Origin: a virus
Lineage: Duplodnaviria > Caudoviricetes
DNA length: 64,000 nucleotides
Virus record (IMG/VR): IMGVR_UViG_3300044846_003114
Span: 67,213 to 131,212 of that record
Strand: one strand, 5' to 3'
The position numbers were made by a program, and so were the translations under genes. Of this stretch, positions 50,561-59,124 are shown piece by piece. A model generated the notes under the pieces. The model worked only from the letters and a program-made list of their open reading frames with translations, did no database searches and was not told the DNA's origin. Position 1 is the first letter of the stretch, and each line of letters begins with the position of its first letter.

Positions 50561-51205
50561 ATGAAAGACATTAAAAAAATTGTAAGAGAAAACCTCTCAA
50601 AGAAGCATTCTATAAACGAATCCTTTGAGAGGATTTTCCTTAATGAAAATGACGAGGATAAATTTGGTTTAACCATACAATATTTGGGTAAATTGATTGA
50701 TGAGGGATATGACAATGAACAAATAGAAAATGTAGTAAATGAACAATTTGATTGGTTAAAAAAATTATTTACTCCGGATAAACAAAACCCAAAAGATACT
50801 TCTACAAGAAGTGGTATTTTAGATAAAGTAGGTGGTGGAGCTATTTCACAATTTAAAGAATATGCAATAACAACATTATTAAACTTAATAGGGTTTAAAG
50901 GTCCATTAGTGAGTGCGATGGCAACCGCAATGAGTGAAATGACATTAAGTGATTTAATAGCTGTCTTTAGAGATAAACAAAGTTGTTCATATCACGGTAG
51001 TACCGTTGCTGATGCATTATCCGAATCATTAGTGGTGTATATTATTTCATCAAGTACTGAAGAAGATTCAATGGCCGCAAATTTCTTAAGAAATACTGTA
51101 TTTGAATATATAAAATCAAGTCAGTTTGGTGAGATGTTGGCTAATGCTGTTTGTAATGTTGCATACAAAACAAAATCAACAATTATATCAAACATTAACC
51201 AATAA
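50561..51205 (+). CDS. hypothetical protein
   Basis: 214-aa ORF in operon. Confidence 0.7.
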   Translation: MKDIKKIVRENLSKKHSINESFERIFLNENDEDKFGLTIQYLGKLIDEGYDNEQIENVVNEQFDWLKKLFTPDKQNPKDTSTRSGILDKVGGGAISQFKEYAITTLLNLIGFKGPLVSAMATAMSEMTLSDLIAVFRDKQSCSYHGSTVADALSESLVVYIISSSTEEDSMAANFLRNTVFEYIKSSQFGEMLANAVCNVAYKTKSTIISNINQ

Positions 51206-51220
51206 TAAGATATTTATAAG

Positions 51221-51315
51221 TAGAGTTTAATCGGTTTGGTCGCCATTAAACAATAACTTATCTAAACGAAAAGGAGGTGTTTCAAATCTCGACAAAGGGT
51301 CTTCGGACCTTTTGT
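51221..51315 (+). ncRNA. candidate ~95-nt sRNA with 15-nt complementarity to the Bacteroidota 16S rRNA 3' end
   Basis: TATTTATA at 51211, GTTTAAT/ATTAAAC stem, AAAGGAGGTGTTTCA at 51270-51284, UUCG terminator hairpin, no start codon downstream. Confidence 0.5.
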
Positions 51316-51362
51316 TCGTTTATATAGGTACCAAATAAAAAACCCATCCGAAGATGGGTTTA

Positions 51363-51772
51363 TGGTGGAGGTGACGGGACTCGAACCCGTGTCTTTCCTG
51401 TTCAACAATAAATGACTACACGTTTATTCTGTTAGTTCACAACAGACAAATATTTGGTTCCTATTTTGACATCGTTACCAACAACTGTGTCGAGTTCACT
51501 TTTGTTACGGTAGCCCTCTGAACGAGACCGTTTGTTTCTTTTTGGGTAGAAACCACACCTTGAGTACTTCTGTTCCTAGGTTATATGTACGTCGACCCGA
51601 TTGTAGTTTCGCCTTAGGCTACTGCTACGTTAGAAGTTGCAAGAATACCTGCTACTTCCATGTTGTTGTAAACGTTGCCGTCTAAAATTTTCCACCGTAG
51701 ATTTAAGTCATAGATGAAGTCTGACTACGTGCCACTTACCCCTGATACCTGAAATCAATGCCAGGCACCCCC
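51363..51772 (-). ncRNA. ssrA: tmRNA
   Basis: 5' GGGGGTG / CACCTCC-ACCA acceptor with G3:U70, T-arm GGGTTCGAGTCCC, tag frame 51679-51614 encoding GNVYNNMEVAGILATSNVAVA*. Confidence 0.92.
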
Positions 51773-51856
51773 ATATTTTAAAGAACTTATACAAATGTAG
51801 ATGAAAAAGGGTTAAAAAACAAATTTTAACCCTTAAATTCCTATATGTGTAATTAT

Positions 51857-52159
51857 TTATTTCTTAGCAGATGGTTTTCTTCCTTTACGAGCTTGGTTCC
51901 CCTTAGTCGCGGTTACAACATCCTTAGATTGTTTAACAACTTTTTTTGCTGCTTCAACAACATCTTTAGATTCCTCAACCACTCTTTTTGCTCTTTCTTT
52001 AACTACTTTAGCAACTTCCTTAACTTCCGCTAATTTTTCTTCAACTGCGTCAGGAATGTTATTACCATCCTTGTCTTCTATTTTACCTGTTTTCATTAGG
52101 AAAAATACTACAGCTCCAGCCACAACCAAAGCCAATAAAATTAAAAGTACTGTCATCAT
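51857..52159 (-). CDS. membrane-anchored basic protein
   Basis: N-terminal TM helix, DKDGNNIPD, K/V/E repeats. Confidence 0.7.
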   Translation of the reverse strand: MMTVLLILLALVVAGAVVFFLMKTGKIEDKDGNNIPDAVEEKLAEVKEVAKVVKERAKRVVEESKDVVEAAKKVVKQSKDVVTATKGNQARKGRKPSAKK

Positions 52160-52201
52160 AATTGTTTGTTTTATATATAAATATCCGTTATTGTACTAAA
52201 A

Positions 52202-52885
52202 TCAGTTAACCCTTAAAGGGAAGTGTTTCTCATATAATGCCTCAAAAAACAACTTATTTTTTTCCCATTGTTTATTGGTCATACCAATGGATTTGTGTGT
52301 TACCATTATTTTAGTAGTAACCCCAACTTTAATCCCATCTAAATGGTTGTCAACACAAAATGGTAAATCATAAAAATGAAACCCTGTAAATTCTTCATTA
52401 AACTTATGTTTAATTCTACCTTTATGAACCATAATGAACAATCCATCGACAATTACCACTTCTTTTGGTTTGTCACCAAATGATTGTTTTGAATAGTGAT
52501 TTACATGTCTTTTACCTTCATGTTCATGACCCACAACACCATACATAGATTCCCTATCTTGCCACCACATTCCACTAATTAAGTTATCAGTTCCTGCTAA
52601 TCCTAAAATTCCATATTCAGGATTTTCTTCAAATAATCTAACAACTTTTGGTGTAATGTTGGAGGTTTCTAAAATAAGATCATCATGCATAAACACAACA
52701 ATATCATGTTCAGAATCTTGTAATCCTATGTTATATATTTTGGGTAGAGAGTCCACACCATCATTCTCATAAATTAATATTTGAGTTTTAGGGTGTGAAA
52801 ACATTTTCTCAACGTGTTTTAAATACGTATCATCTATTTTTCGTGTTGAAATGACAACACTAATTGGTCCATTATATTTCGACAT
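52202..52885 (-). CDS. glycosyltransferase-like (GT2_5/StrF-like) protein
   Basis: YN.GL, VFMHDD, G.LG.AG, IVDGLF, F.GFHFYD. Confidence 0.8.
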   Translation of the reverse strand: MSKYNGPISVVISTRKIDDTYLKHVEKMFSHPKTQILIYENDGVDSLPKIYNIGLQDSEHDIVVFMHDDLILETSNITPKVVRLFEENPEYGILGLAGTDNLISGMWWQDRESMYGVVGHEHEGKRHVNHYSKQSFGDKPKEVVIVDGLFIMVHKGRIKHKFNEEFTGFHFYDLPFCVDNHLDGIKVGVTTKIMVTHKSIGMTNKQWEKNKLFFEALYEKHFPLRVN

Positions 52886-53621
52886 GAGTTGCAATTATTT
52901 CACCATAAACTTCTTGTAAGTCTATGATTATTGGTTTATTTATTGGTTCGTATTTTGAGTTACAAGTTGATGCATTTACGAATAATGTTTTATTACCGAG
53001 CTCGACACCATAACCTTCGTGAATATGACCAAATACACTTACTAATGGATTTATTTCTTCTATTCTATTTCGTAACAACTCACAACCTACGTTTGTATTT
53101 GGTTGTCGCCAATTATTAACTAAATCTCCGAATCCATTTGGTGGTCCGTGAGTAATTAATACATCTGTATCAGTTGGAATGTTATTCCATTTTTCTAACA
53201 ACTCCTCACCCATTCTTGGTAAGTTAAACGCCCAATCATAAAACCATGGTTGCCAAGGACTACCATAAAATTTAATGGGTCTTGAAAATTTATCACTTTC
53301 AATTGTTATAAAACTATCCTCTAAATAAGTTACATCAGATTGAGATAAATTTTCGGGTGACATTAGATTATGTAACCAATCATAATCACCTTTATGGTGA
53401 GGTTGATTAACTCTTTCAAAACAATGGTCATGATTACCTGATATGAATATTTTTTCATCGAATCCTTTAATGTTTTGAAACCAATGAATAAATTCGGTAA
53501 CATCCCTTTCTCCACCTCGATTAGAAATATCACCTGCATGTATTAGCACATCACCAGATGGTATTTCGTGGGACATACCTCCATGTAAACTATGTGTGTC
53601 AGATATACAAACGATTCTCAT
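52872..53621 (-). CDS. calcineurin-like metallophosphoesterase (MPPED-like)
   Basis: ISDTH, HAGD, GNHD, THGPP, FGHIHE. Confidence 0.92.
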   Translation of the reverse strand: MRIVCISDTHSLHGGMSHEIPSGDVLIHAGDISNRGGERDVTEFIHWFQNIKGFDEKIFISGNHDHCFERVNQPHHKGDYDWLHNLMSPENLSQSDVTYLEDSFITIESDKFSRPIKFYGSPWQPWFYDWAFNLPRMGEELLEKWNNIPTDTDVLITHGPPNGFGDLVNNWRQPNTNVGCELLRNRIEEINPLVSVFGHIHEGYGVELGNKTLFVNASTCNSKYEPINKPIIIDLQEVYGEIIATHVEI

Positions 53622-53756
53622 AATATCAAATATAAGTAAAATTTATTATAATGCAAAAAAAAAGTCAGAATAAATCTGACTAATCTTTTTGGGCCGAACG
53701 GTTTTAAAACGTTCCAATTCCACCACTTTGTTTTACTAAACAAAGAAAAAAAAAAC

Positions 53757-54553
53757 ACTGAGAATACATGTTTTAACAATTGACTTAGGGACATTATTTG
53801 ATTCTTCCCTTTTCCACTACCTTTTGAGTAGTACCAATCAGCGGCGGTCAATTAGATTAACCAATCCTTAAGTCGTTATATACTCTTTTAATACTCATTA
53901 CTCATCAAAGATGCCTCCCTGATTCAACCTTGCGGGTTTAGAGAACTTTTTTAAAAATCACATTGGGCTTGAGACCCTTTGTGGCCGTGAACCCCTCACG
54001 ACTATGTAGCCACCTGTCTACAACGACTGACGAACACTTTTTCTTGTTATGTTTAAGTTGTTAAACCGTAATTAACAAAATTTAGTTTCCGAATTTGGGA
54101 AAGTAGTGGTTCGTCGACCAGCCAAGCCACCTTTTGAGCGACTCGATACTAAACTACTCTCTGTAACATCCCTGCTACCATATTTTTGGACCCCTTCAAA
54201 ACTAAACTCTTGGTAGAGTTTAATAAAGGATGATAACGACACCACTCGTACTTCACCATACCTTTCGGTTTTAAGATTCCCATCATATTGAATCACGCAA
54301 TTGTAAAGTTGGATAACGATACTTCTCACAATAACTCTATGGATTATTCTTATTGGTGTTCCCACCTCAACCAAACAACTCGGATTGCTTGGTCATCAAA
54401 CCACTTTCCCTAAAGTGTTACCCTCAGTACTTAAGGTTCAACGATACTCCACTTGCCTACTCGAGTTCCATTTCTGAAACCGCAACTTACCCCAACCAAG
54501 GGTTTGTCACTTTATCCCACTTTCATGGTTTATTTTGTTGACCATAGGCGGCC
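53757..54553 (-). ncRNA. ~800-nt large structured RNA, GOLLD-like
   Basis: no convincing ORF; GC-richer than flanks; many hairpins (ACC GAAA GGT, AACC CGCAA GGTT, CTAC TCAAAAG GTAG); own promoter (54594) and boxA-like site; terminator at ~53655-53681; next to tRNA cluster. Confidence 0.6.
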
Positions 54554-54632
54554 AATATTTTTAAATCAAAGAACTATTTTTTTGTTTCTTTTACAAAGAT
54601 AAGAAAACTTTTTTAAAAAACAAAATATTTTT

Positions 54633-54866
54633 TTAATTATTTTCTACTTTATTTTTTTTCAAGGTTTTTTTAGAAGATACTTTCTCAGTTGTCTTCTTTG
54701 TCTTGTACTCAGGATTTTTATAAAGTTTATATTCGGTCTTTGGTGCGAATGACCAATAACCACCCTTAACTCTTAAATCCGCTTCGTTGTCATCTACTCT
54801 CAGTACCTCACCAATTTCATGACCCTTACTTGCTTTAATTAATTTAATACATTTCATATTTTCCAT
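54633..54866 (-). CDS. small basic hypothetical protein
   Basis: MENMKCIKLIK...; Lys-rich tail. Confidence 0.6.
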   Translation of the reverse strand: MENMKCIKLIKASKGHEIGEVLRVDDNEADLRVKGGYWSFAPKTEYKLYKNPEYKTKKTTEKVSSKKTLKKNKVENN

Positions 54867-54907
54867 GTTTATAATAAAATATAAGAAATAAAAATGACAA
54901 AACAAAA

Positions 54908-55692
54908 TCAGATTAAAGTTTTTCTAAAAAGTTTATAATCAATTTCTTTTTTATCATAACCAAAAAAACCACATTCATTTTCAGTTAAATAACAAACTTT
55001 ATTATAATCATAAAAACTAACTTTTTTAATATAATCAACATTCATATGGTGATAAGTTATTTCATATATGTTTTTAAAATATTGGTAAAATGTTGAGAAT
55101 AAAAAACTTACATCGCTTGGATAATCCTCTAAAAAATTAAATTTATTTGTAATAAAATCTATTTTGTCTAATTTATTATAAAATTTGATTTCTTTATTCT
55201 TTATAGATTATTTTGTATGGATTTATCAATATCCTCAATTTTAAATATTTTATAGTTTGGACCTAATTTTGAATCATATAATAATTTTAAATTGGTTTGA
55301 CTATTAATTATTTCTTCTTTATATATTTTATTATTACGTAATATTTGTGAGCTTTGTGGAATATAGTGGAAATCATCACACCCCTTTAAAAAAATATCAT
55401 ATTTGTTAATGTAACTTTCGATATCATATATGTTAGTTTTTTTTATGTGTTTTATAATATCATCTTCCTCGTGTTTTAATATATTTTCTATCCAAAAATA
55501 AGATGAAAAAAATCTATCAATTGGGTTTCTTACAAAAATATAAACATTATTTAAAATTTTATTGGGATCATCTTCCAATTCTATTTCAATATTCAAATGT
55601 TTAAATAAATGAATAAATGTAGTATATAATAAAGTATGCCCACTTTTAAATGGGATTATTATTGATAGGTCTTTTTCTTTTATGTTTAACAT
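54908..55692 (-). pseudogene. sulfotransferase-family gene split by a 1-nt frameshift near 55203
   Basis: PFKSGHT, FVRNPIDRFFSSY, DFHYIPQ; after TAA at 55201 the -1 frame continues ~97 codons through ...ENECGFFGY... to TGA at 54908. Confidence 0.65.
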
Positions 55693-55704
55693 TTCATATA
55701 ATTG

Positions 55705-55855
55705 CTGTAGTGGATGGGTTCGAACCACCAAGATGAGATTCGGTAAGTAACATATCGCCGGCCGGCTGGTGGTCTACCCCCTCATATTACTTACCTATTT
55801 CTTTGTCATCGCCCCCGAGACAGGAGGGTACGTTTGCCAATTTCGTCACACTACA
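55705..55855 (-). tRNA. tRNA-Asp(GTC)-like RNA with 82-nt variable arm
   Basis: acceptor TGTAGTG/CACTACA, G73, D-arm ACG-AAATTGGCAAA-CGT, anticodon arm CCCTC-CTGTCTC-GGGGG, T-arm GGTGG-TTCGAAC-CCATC. Confidence 0.7.
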
Positions 55856-56047
55856 AAATAACACCCTTTTATCAGCCGAAGCCTCACATAACCTTAGTGT
55901 GGAACCACCGGTAGGTGTCATGAATGATTACCATTGAGAATGTAGATTTTCACTAACTCGATTTAGCGGTCTCTTTGATAATTTTTTGATGGATGAAAAA
56001 CATCTATTTTTCTTGTGGATTTCCATCGGAATCCCATAACTTAAAAG

Positions 56048-56121
56048 TGGACCAGATAGGAATCGAACCTATTACCTTCACATTATGAGTGTGCCGCTCT
56101 AACCGAGTGAGCTACAAGTCC
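56048..56121 (-). tRNA. tRNA-Ile2/Met (CAT)
   Basis: cloverleaf, loop CTCATAA, A73. Confidence 0.85.
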
Positions 56122-56131
56122 AAAATTCACG

Positions 56132-56205
56132 TGATCCCGTTTGGATTCGAACCAAAGACCCACATCTTAGAAGGATGTTGCTCTATCCAACTGAGCTACG
56201 GAACC
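56132..56205 (-). tRNA. tRNA-Arg (TCT)
   Basis: ACATC-CTTCTAA-GATGT. Confidence 0.92.
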
Positions 56206-56326
56206 AAAGTAATGTAATGTCTGTACGGTTTGTATCTAATCAGCACCTTTGTACATGCTTCAAAAGTTTCCATTTCATACGTAGCGTCCGTTCCGTCACT
56301 CATTTCTGAGTCATTACACTAAAATT

Positions 56327-56761
56327 TTATTTAATGTTTTTTGCACGATATGTATCTGTTTGTGAATGACAATTTGGACATAACATTCTCAAGTTTTCTA
56401 ACTTATGATTTGTTCGATTTCCATCAATATGGTCTAATTCCATATTTATTTTTTTACCATTCCATTCTTCAATGTCACATACTGAACATTTATTTTCAAT
56501 TATTTTTTCTTTTAATAATCTGTTTTTTAATTTGAATGTTTGAAAATGAGGGTGTTTACCATCCAATATTTCCTGTAAATCAATTTTAGGTGGGACAATT
56601 TTATTTATTCCTTTCCCCGATTGATTTGTGTTGTAACAATCAAATTTAATTGCATACTTTTTAAAAGTATTAAAATGTAATTCTAATTTAACTGCGGCAT
56701 CTGCCATAGAATTAGAATTTTGACACATTTCTCTAAAATGTTTTTCATCTATTTGTTTCAT
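56327..56761 (-). CDS. HNH homing endonuclease within tRNA cluster
   Basis: CSVC...ELDHIDGNRTNHKLENLRMLCPNCHSQT. Confidence 0.9.
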   Translation of the reverse strand: MKQIDEKHFREMCQNSNSMADAAVKLELHFNTFKKYAIKFDCYNTNQSGKGINKIVPPKIDLQEILDGKHPHFQTFKLKNRLLKEKIIENKCSVCDIEEWNGKKINMELDHIDGNRTNHKLENLRMLCPNCHSQTDTYRAKNIK

Positions 56762-56814
56762 ATTAATAAATATCAGACAAATATGAAAAACACTCCGAAG
56801 TGTCTATTTTTTTG

Positions 56815-56899
56815 TACTTCCGACCAGAATCGAACTGGTACGAACTTTCAGTTCATAGCATTTTAAGTGCTACGTGTCTACCAATTCCACCACGGAAGC
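56815..56899 (-). tRNA. tRNA-Leu (TAA)
   Basis: TAGCA-CTTAAAA-TGCTA, long variable arm. Confidence 0.92.
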
Positions 56900-57017
56900 A
56901 TTTTGTTTTTCCAATACATCAAAGAACCATAATTCAAATATAATAAAAAAAAATGATATAAAAAAACCCCGAACAATTTTTTTAGTTTGTTCAGGGTTCT
57001 AACTTAACTAAAAATTT

Positions 57018-57467
57018 TTATTTTACTTTATATGATAACCCAAGTCCTAATGTAAAATCACTACCAACTAAATTACCAATTGTCCATAAATTTATAACAG
57101 TACTTGGTCTTAGTGGATTATACATTATAAGAAAATTTGGTTTGTTACCATTAAGTGTCGGTTGTAATCCAAATCCAACAATGGCCTTGTCTTCTTTTAC
57201 TTGTCTAAGAACACCGAACTTCATATTATCAGATAGATTTCCTGTGTTGGTATTGACACCAGGAGGAATTGATATACCTCCATTTGGGGTTTTCAATTCA
57301 CCGTATGGAAGACCTGCATAAAATCCCCAACCTTTTTTCATAAAACCACCCGTTATATAACCATCTGATGGACCACCTTTTCGAGTGGCGGTTATAAACC
57401 ACTCTTGTCCATTTGCTACGACTTCTACTCCCAAAAGTAACGTTAGCACTAAAAAAATTTTTTTCAT
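57018..57467 (-). CDS. secreted/outer-membrane beta-strand protein
   Basis: signal peptide; C-terminal LGLGLSYKVK. Confidence 0.65.
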   Translation of the reverse strand: MKKIFLVLTLLLGVEVVANGQEWFITATRKGGPSDGYITGGFMKKGWGFYAGLPYGELKTPNGGISIPPGVNTNTGNLSDNMKFGVLRQVKEDKAIVGFGLQPTLNGNKPNFLIMYNPLRPSTVINLWTIGNLVGSDFTLGLGLSYKVK

Positions 57468-57766
57468 TTTTTTGATTTGGACAAGGAGTCTTCCGTTGCC
57501 CATTTTTCTTTTAACTTTGCTACCTTCTCAATCTTTACAATTTTACCATTTAATTTGGTAATCTCGTCCGCGATTTCTTTGGTTTTGACGGCCCTGCTAG
57601 CGAAATTCTCATCTGTTACTTCAACCCATTCAATCTTCCTTTCAAGAGATTTAATCTCTTTTTTTATTTGATTGACTGACTTTCTTTCGTCTGAAAGACT
57701 TGGGTCGATAGATGATGTTAATGTATTAAAAAATAACATTAACGATAGTGTGATTTTATCTATCAT
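57464..57766 (-). CDS. coiled-coil hypothetical protein
   Basis: TATTTATA 4 nt upstream. Confidence 0.65.
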   Translation of the reverse strand: MIDKITLSLMLFFNTLTSSIDPSLSDERKSVNQIKKEIKSLERKIEWVEVTDENFASRAVKTKEIADEITKLNGKIVKIEKVAKLKEKWATEDSLSKSKK

Positions 57767-57844
57767 ATATTATAAATATTAATAATATGATAAATATACA
57801 GAATAAAATATTGGAAATCAATATCTTAATATAAAAAAATATTG

Positions 57845-57916
57845 TACCCCCGACGGGATTCGAACCCGTATTACATCCGTGAAAGGGATGTGACCTAACC
57901 CTTAGTCGACAGGGGC
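57845..57916 (-). tRNA. tRNA-Glu (TTC)
   Basis: CATCC-CTTTCAC-GGATG. Confidence 0.92.
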
Positions 57917-58012
57917 AAATAGGAACTAACATTGCTATCAGGGTTTAAATGGTTCACAGATAAATCTGGAATCACCACCTACTGGTTTTACAGTATCTTA
58001 GTTAATTCTTTG

Positions 58013-58098
58013 CGGAAGGAGTAGGATTCGAACCCACGGTACCTTTCAGTACTTCGGTTTTCAAGACCGACGCGATAGACCAACTCTGCCATCCTTCC
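58013..58098 (-). tRNA. tRNA-Ser (TGA)
   Basis: TCGGT-CTTGAAA-ACCGA, long variable arm. Confidence 0.92.
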
Positions 58099-58106
58099 AA
58101 TATTTG

Positions 58107-58180
58107 CGGACTGTACGGGACTCGAACCCGTGAACTCCACCGTGACAGGGTGGCATGATAACCAACTTCACCAACAATCC
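58107..58180 (-). tRNA. tRNA-Asp (GTC)
   Basis: CCACC-CTGTCAC-GGTGG. Confidence 0.92.
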
Positions 58181-58188
58181 AATATTCT

Positions 58189-58569
58189 TTAATACTTTAC
58201 GTAATCTTTTACCTCCCTAATTTCTGAATTAGTAACCATATTAATTTCATTCTTCAACCTAAACCTTTCGTCGTTTGTAAAATATACTTTTCTAGCTAAT
58301 TCAATAAAATCATCATTGAATTTTTTTTCTTTTTCCATAACTCTTAAATTATCTTCAATATCCCACAAGTTTGTGTTGACTAAAATTAGTTTATCATAAA
58401 TTAATTCTACTTCAGGGTTATTAAAATAACTCAAAGAAAAGTTATATAGTAATTCAAATTCTTTATTGATTAAAATTAACTTTTCCTCATCAAGTACTTT
58501 TGTTTTTTTAACTTGAAGAATTGAAAGTTTATCAATCATTTCTCCAATACTAACAGGAATCGATATCAT
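58189..58569 (-). CDS. DUF6165-like protein
   Basis: PVSIGE.IDKLSIL.VK...N..LWDIED..R...F.ELARKVY.TNDERF..K..IN....S.I.EVK.Y. Confidence 0.75.
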   Translation of the reverse strand: MISIPVSIGEMIDKLSILQVKKTKVLDEEKLILINKEFELLYNFSLSYFNNPEVELIYDKLILVNTNLWDIEDNLRVMEKEKKFNDDFIELARKVYFTNDERFRLKNEINMVTNSEIREVKDYVKY

Positions 58570-58613
58570 ACTTATTTTGTTATTATAAGATTTTTCTTAG
58601 TTGTCACTTGTTG

Positions 58614-58686
58614 AGCCCAAAGTCAGACTCGAACTGACGACCTGCTGATTACAAATCAGCTGCTCTACCAACTGAGCTATTCGGGC
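58614..58686 (-). tRNA. tRNA-Thr (TGT)
   Basis: GCTGA-TTTGTAA-TCAGC. Confidence 0.92.
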
Positions 58687-58751
58687 TTGTTTCTTTCACA
58701 AAGATAATAAATATATATGAATATACAAAATTATTTGTAAAAATATTTTAG

Positions 58752-58822
58752 TTGCGGGGCCGGTAGTCGAAACCGGAAAAAGACACAGCTTATGAGACTG
58801 GTCGGGTACCCTCCTCCCCGCA
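58752..58822 (-). tRNA. degenerate initiator-like tRNA-Met (CAT)
   Basis: TGCGGGG/CCCCGCA acceptor, CTCATAA loop, shrunken D-arm and atypical T-loop. Confidence 0.6.
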
Positions 58823-58883
58823 ATAATAACATTTTTTTGCTCACTAACATTTTTTTTGTTAGTGTACATTTTTTTTGTTAGTG

Positions 58884-58954
58884 TTGTCCCTCGTGGATTC
58901 GAACCACAACTAGATGGACCAAAACCACCTGTACTACCGTTATACTAAAGGACA
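58884..58954 (-). tRNA. tRNA-Gln (TTG)
   Basis: GGTGG-TTTTGGT-CCATC. Confidence 0.9.
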
Positions 58955-58959
58955 ATATG

Positions 58960-59039
58960 TACCCAAGGTCGGACTCGAACCGACACGCCTTTCGACACGG
59001 TTTCTAAGACCGCTGTGTATACCATTCCACCACTCGGGT
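58960..59039 (-). tRNA. tRNA-Leu (TAG)
   Basis: GCGGT-CTTAGAA-ACCGT. Confidence 0.92.
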
Positions 59040-59046
59040 ATTATTG

Positions 59047-59118
59047 CACGCATGTAAGGACTCGAACCTTCATCTTCGGTTTTGGAGACCGAAATTCTAC
59101 CAATTGAACTACACACGC
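59047..59118 (-). tRNA. tRNA-Trp (CCA)
   Basis: TCGGT-CTCCAAA-ACCGA. Confidence 0.9.
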
Positions 59119-59124
59119 GTTTTG

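Noticed and set aside
53618-54541. ORFs 53618-53851, 54072-54374 and 54353-54541
   Set aside because: Atypical composition; they overlap the promoter- and terminator-bounded large structured RNA
55693-55731. GTG start at 55731 for the sulfotransferase
   Set aside because: It lies inside the T-arm region of the tRNA-like RNA; ATG at 55692 is more plausible
58826-58883. ACATTTTTTT(T)G(T)TAGTG triple repeat between tRNAs
   Set aside because: Short low-complexity duplication with no further support for function
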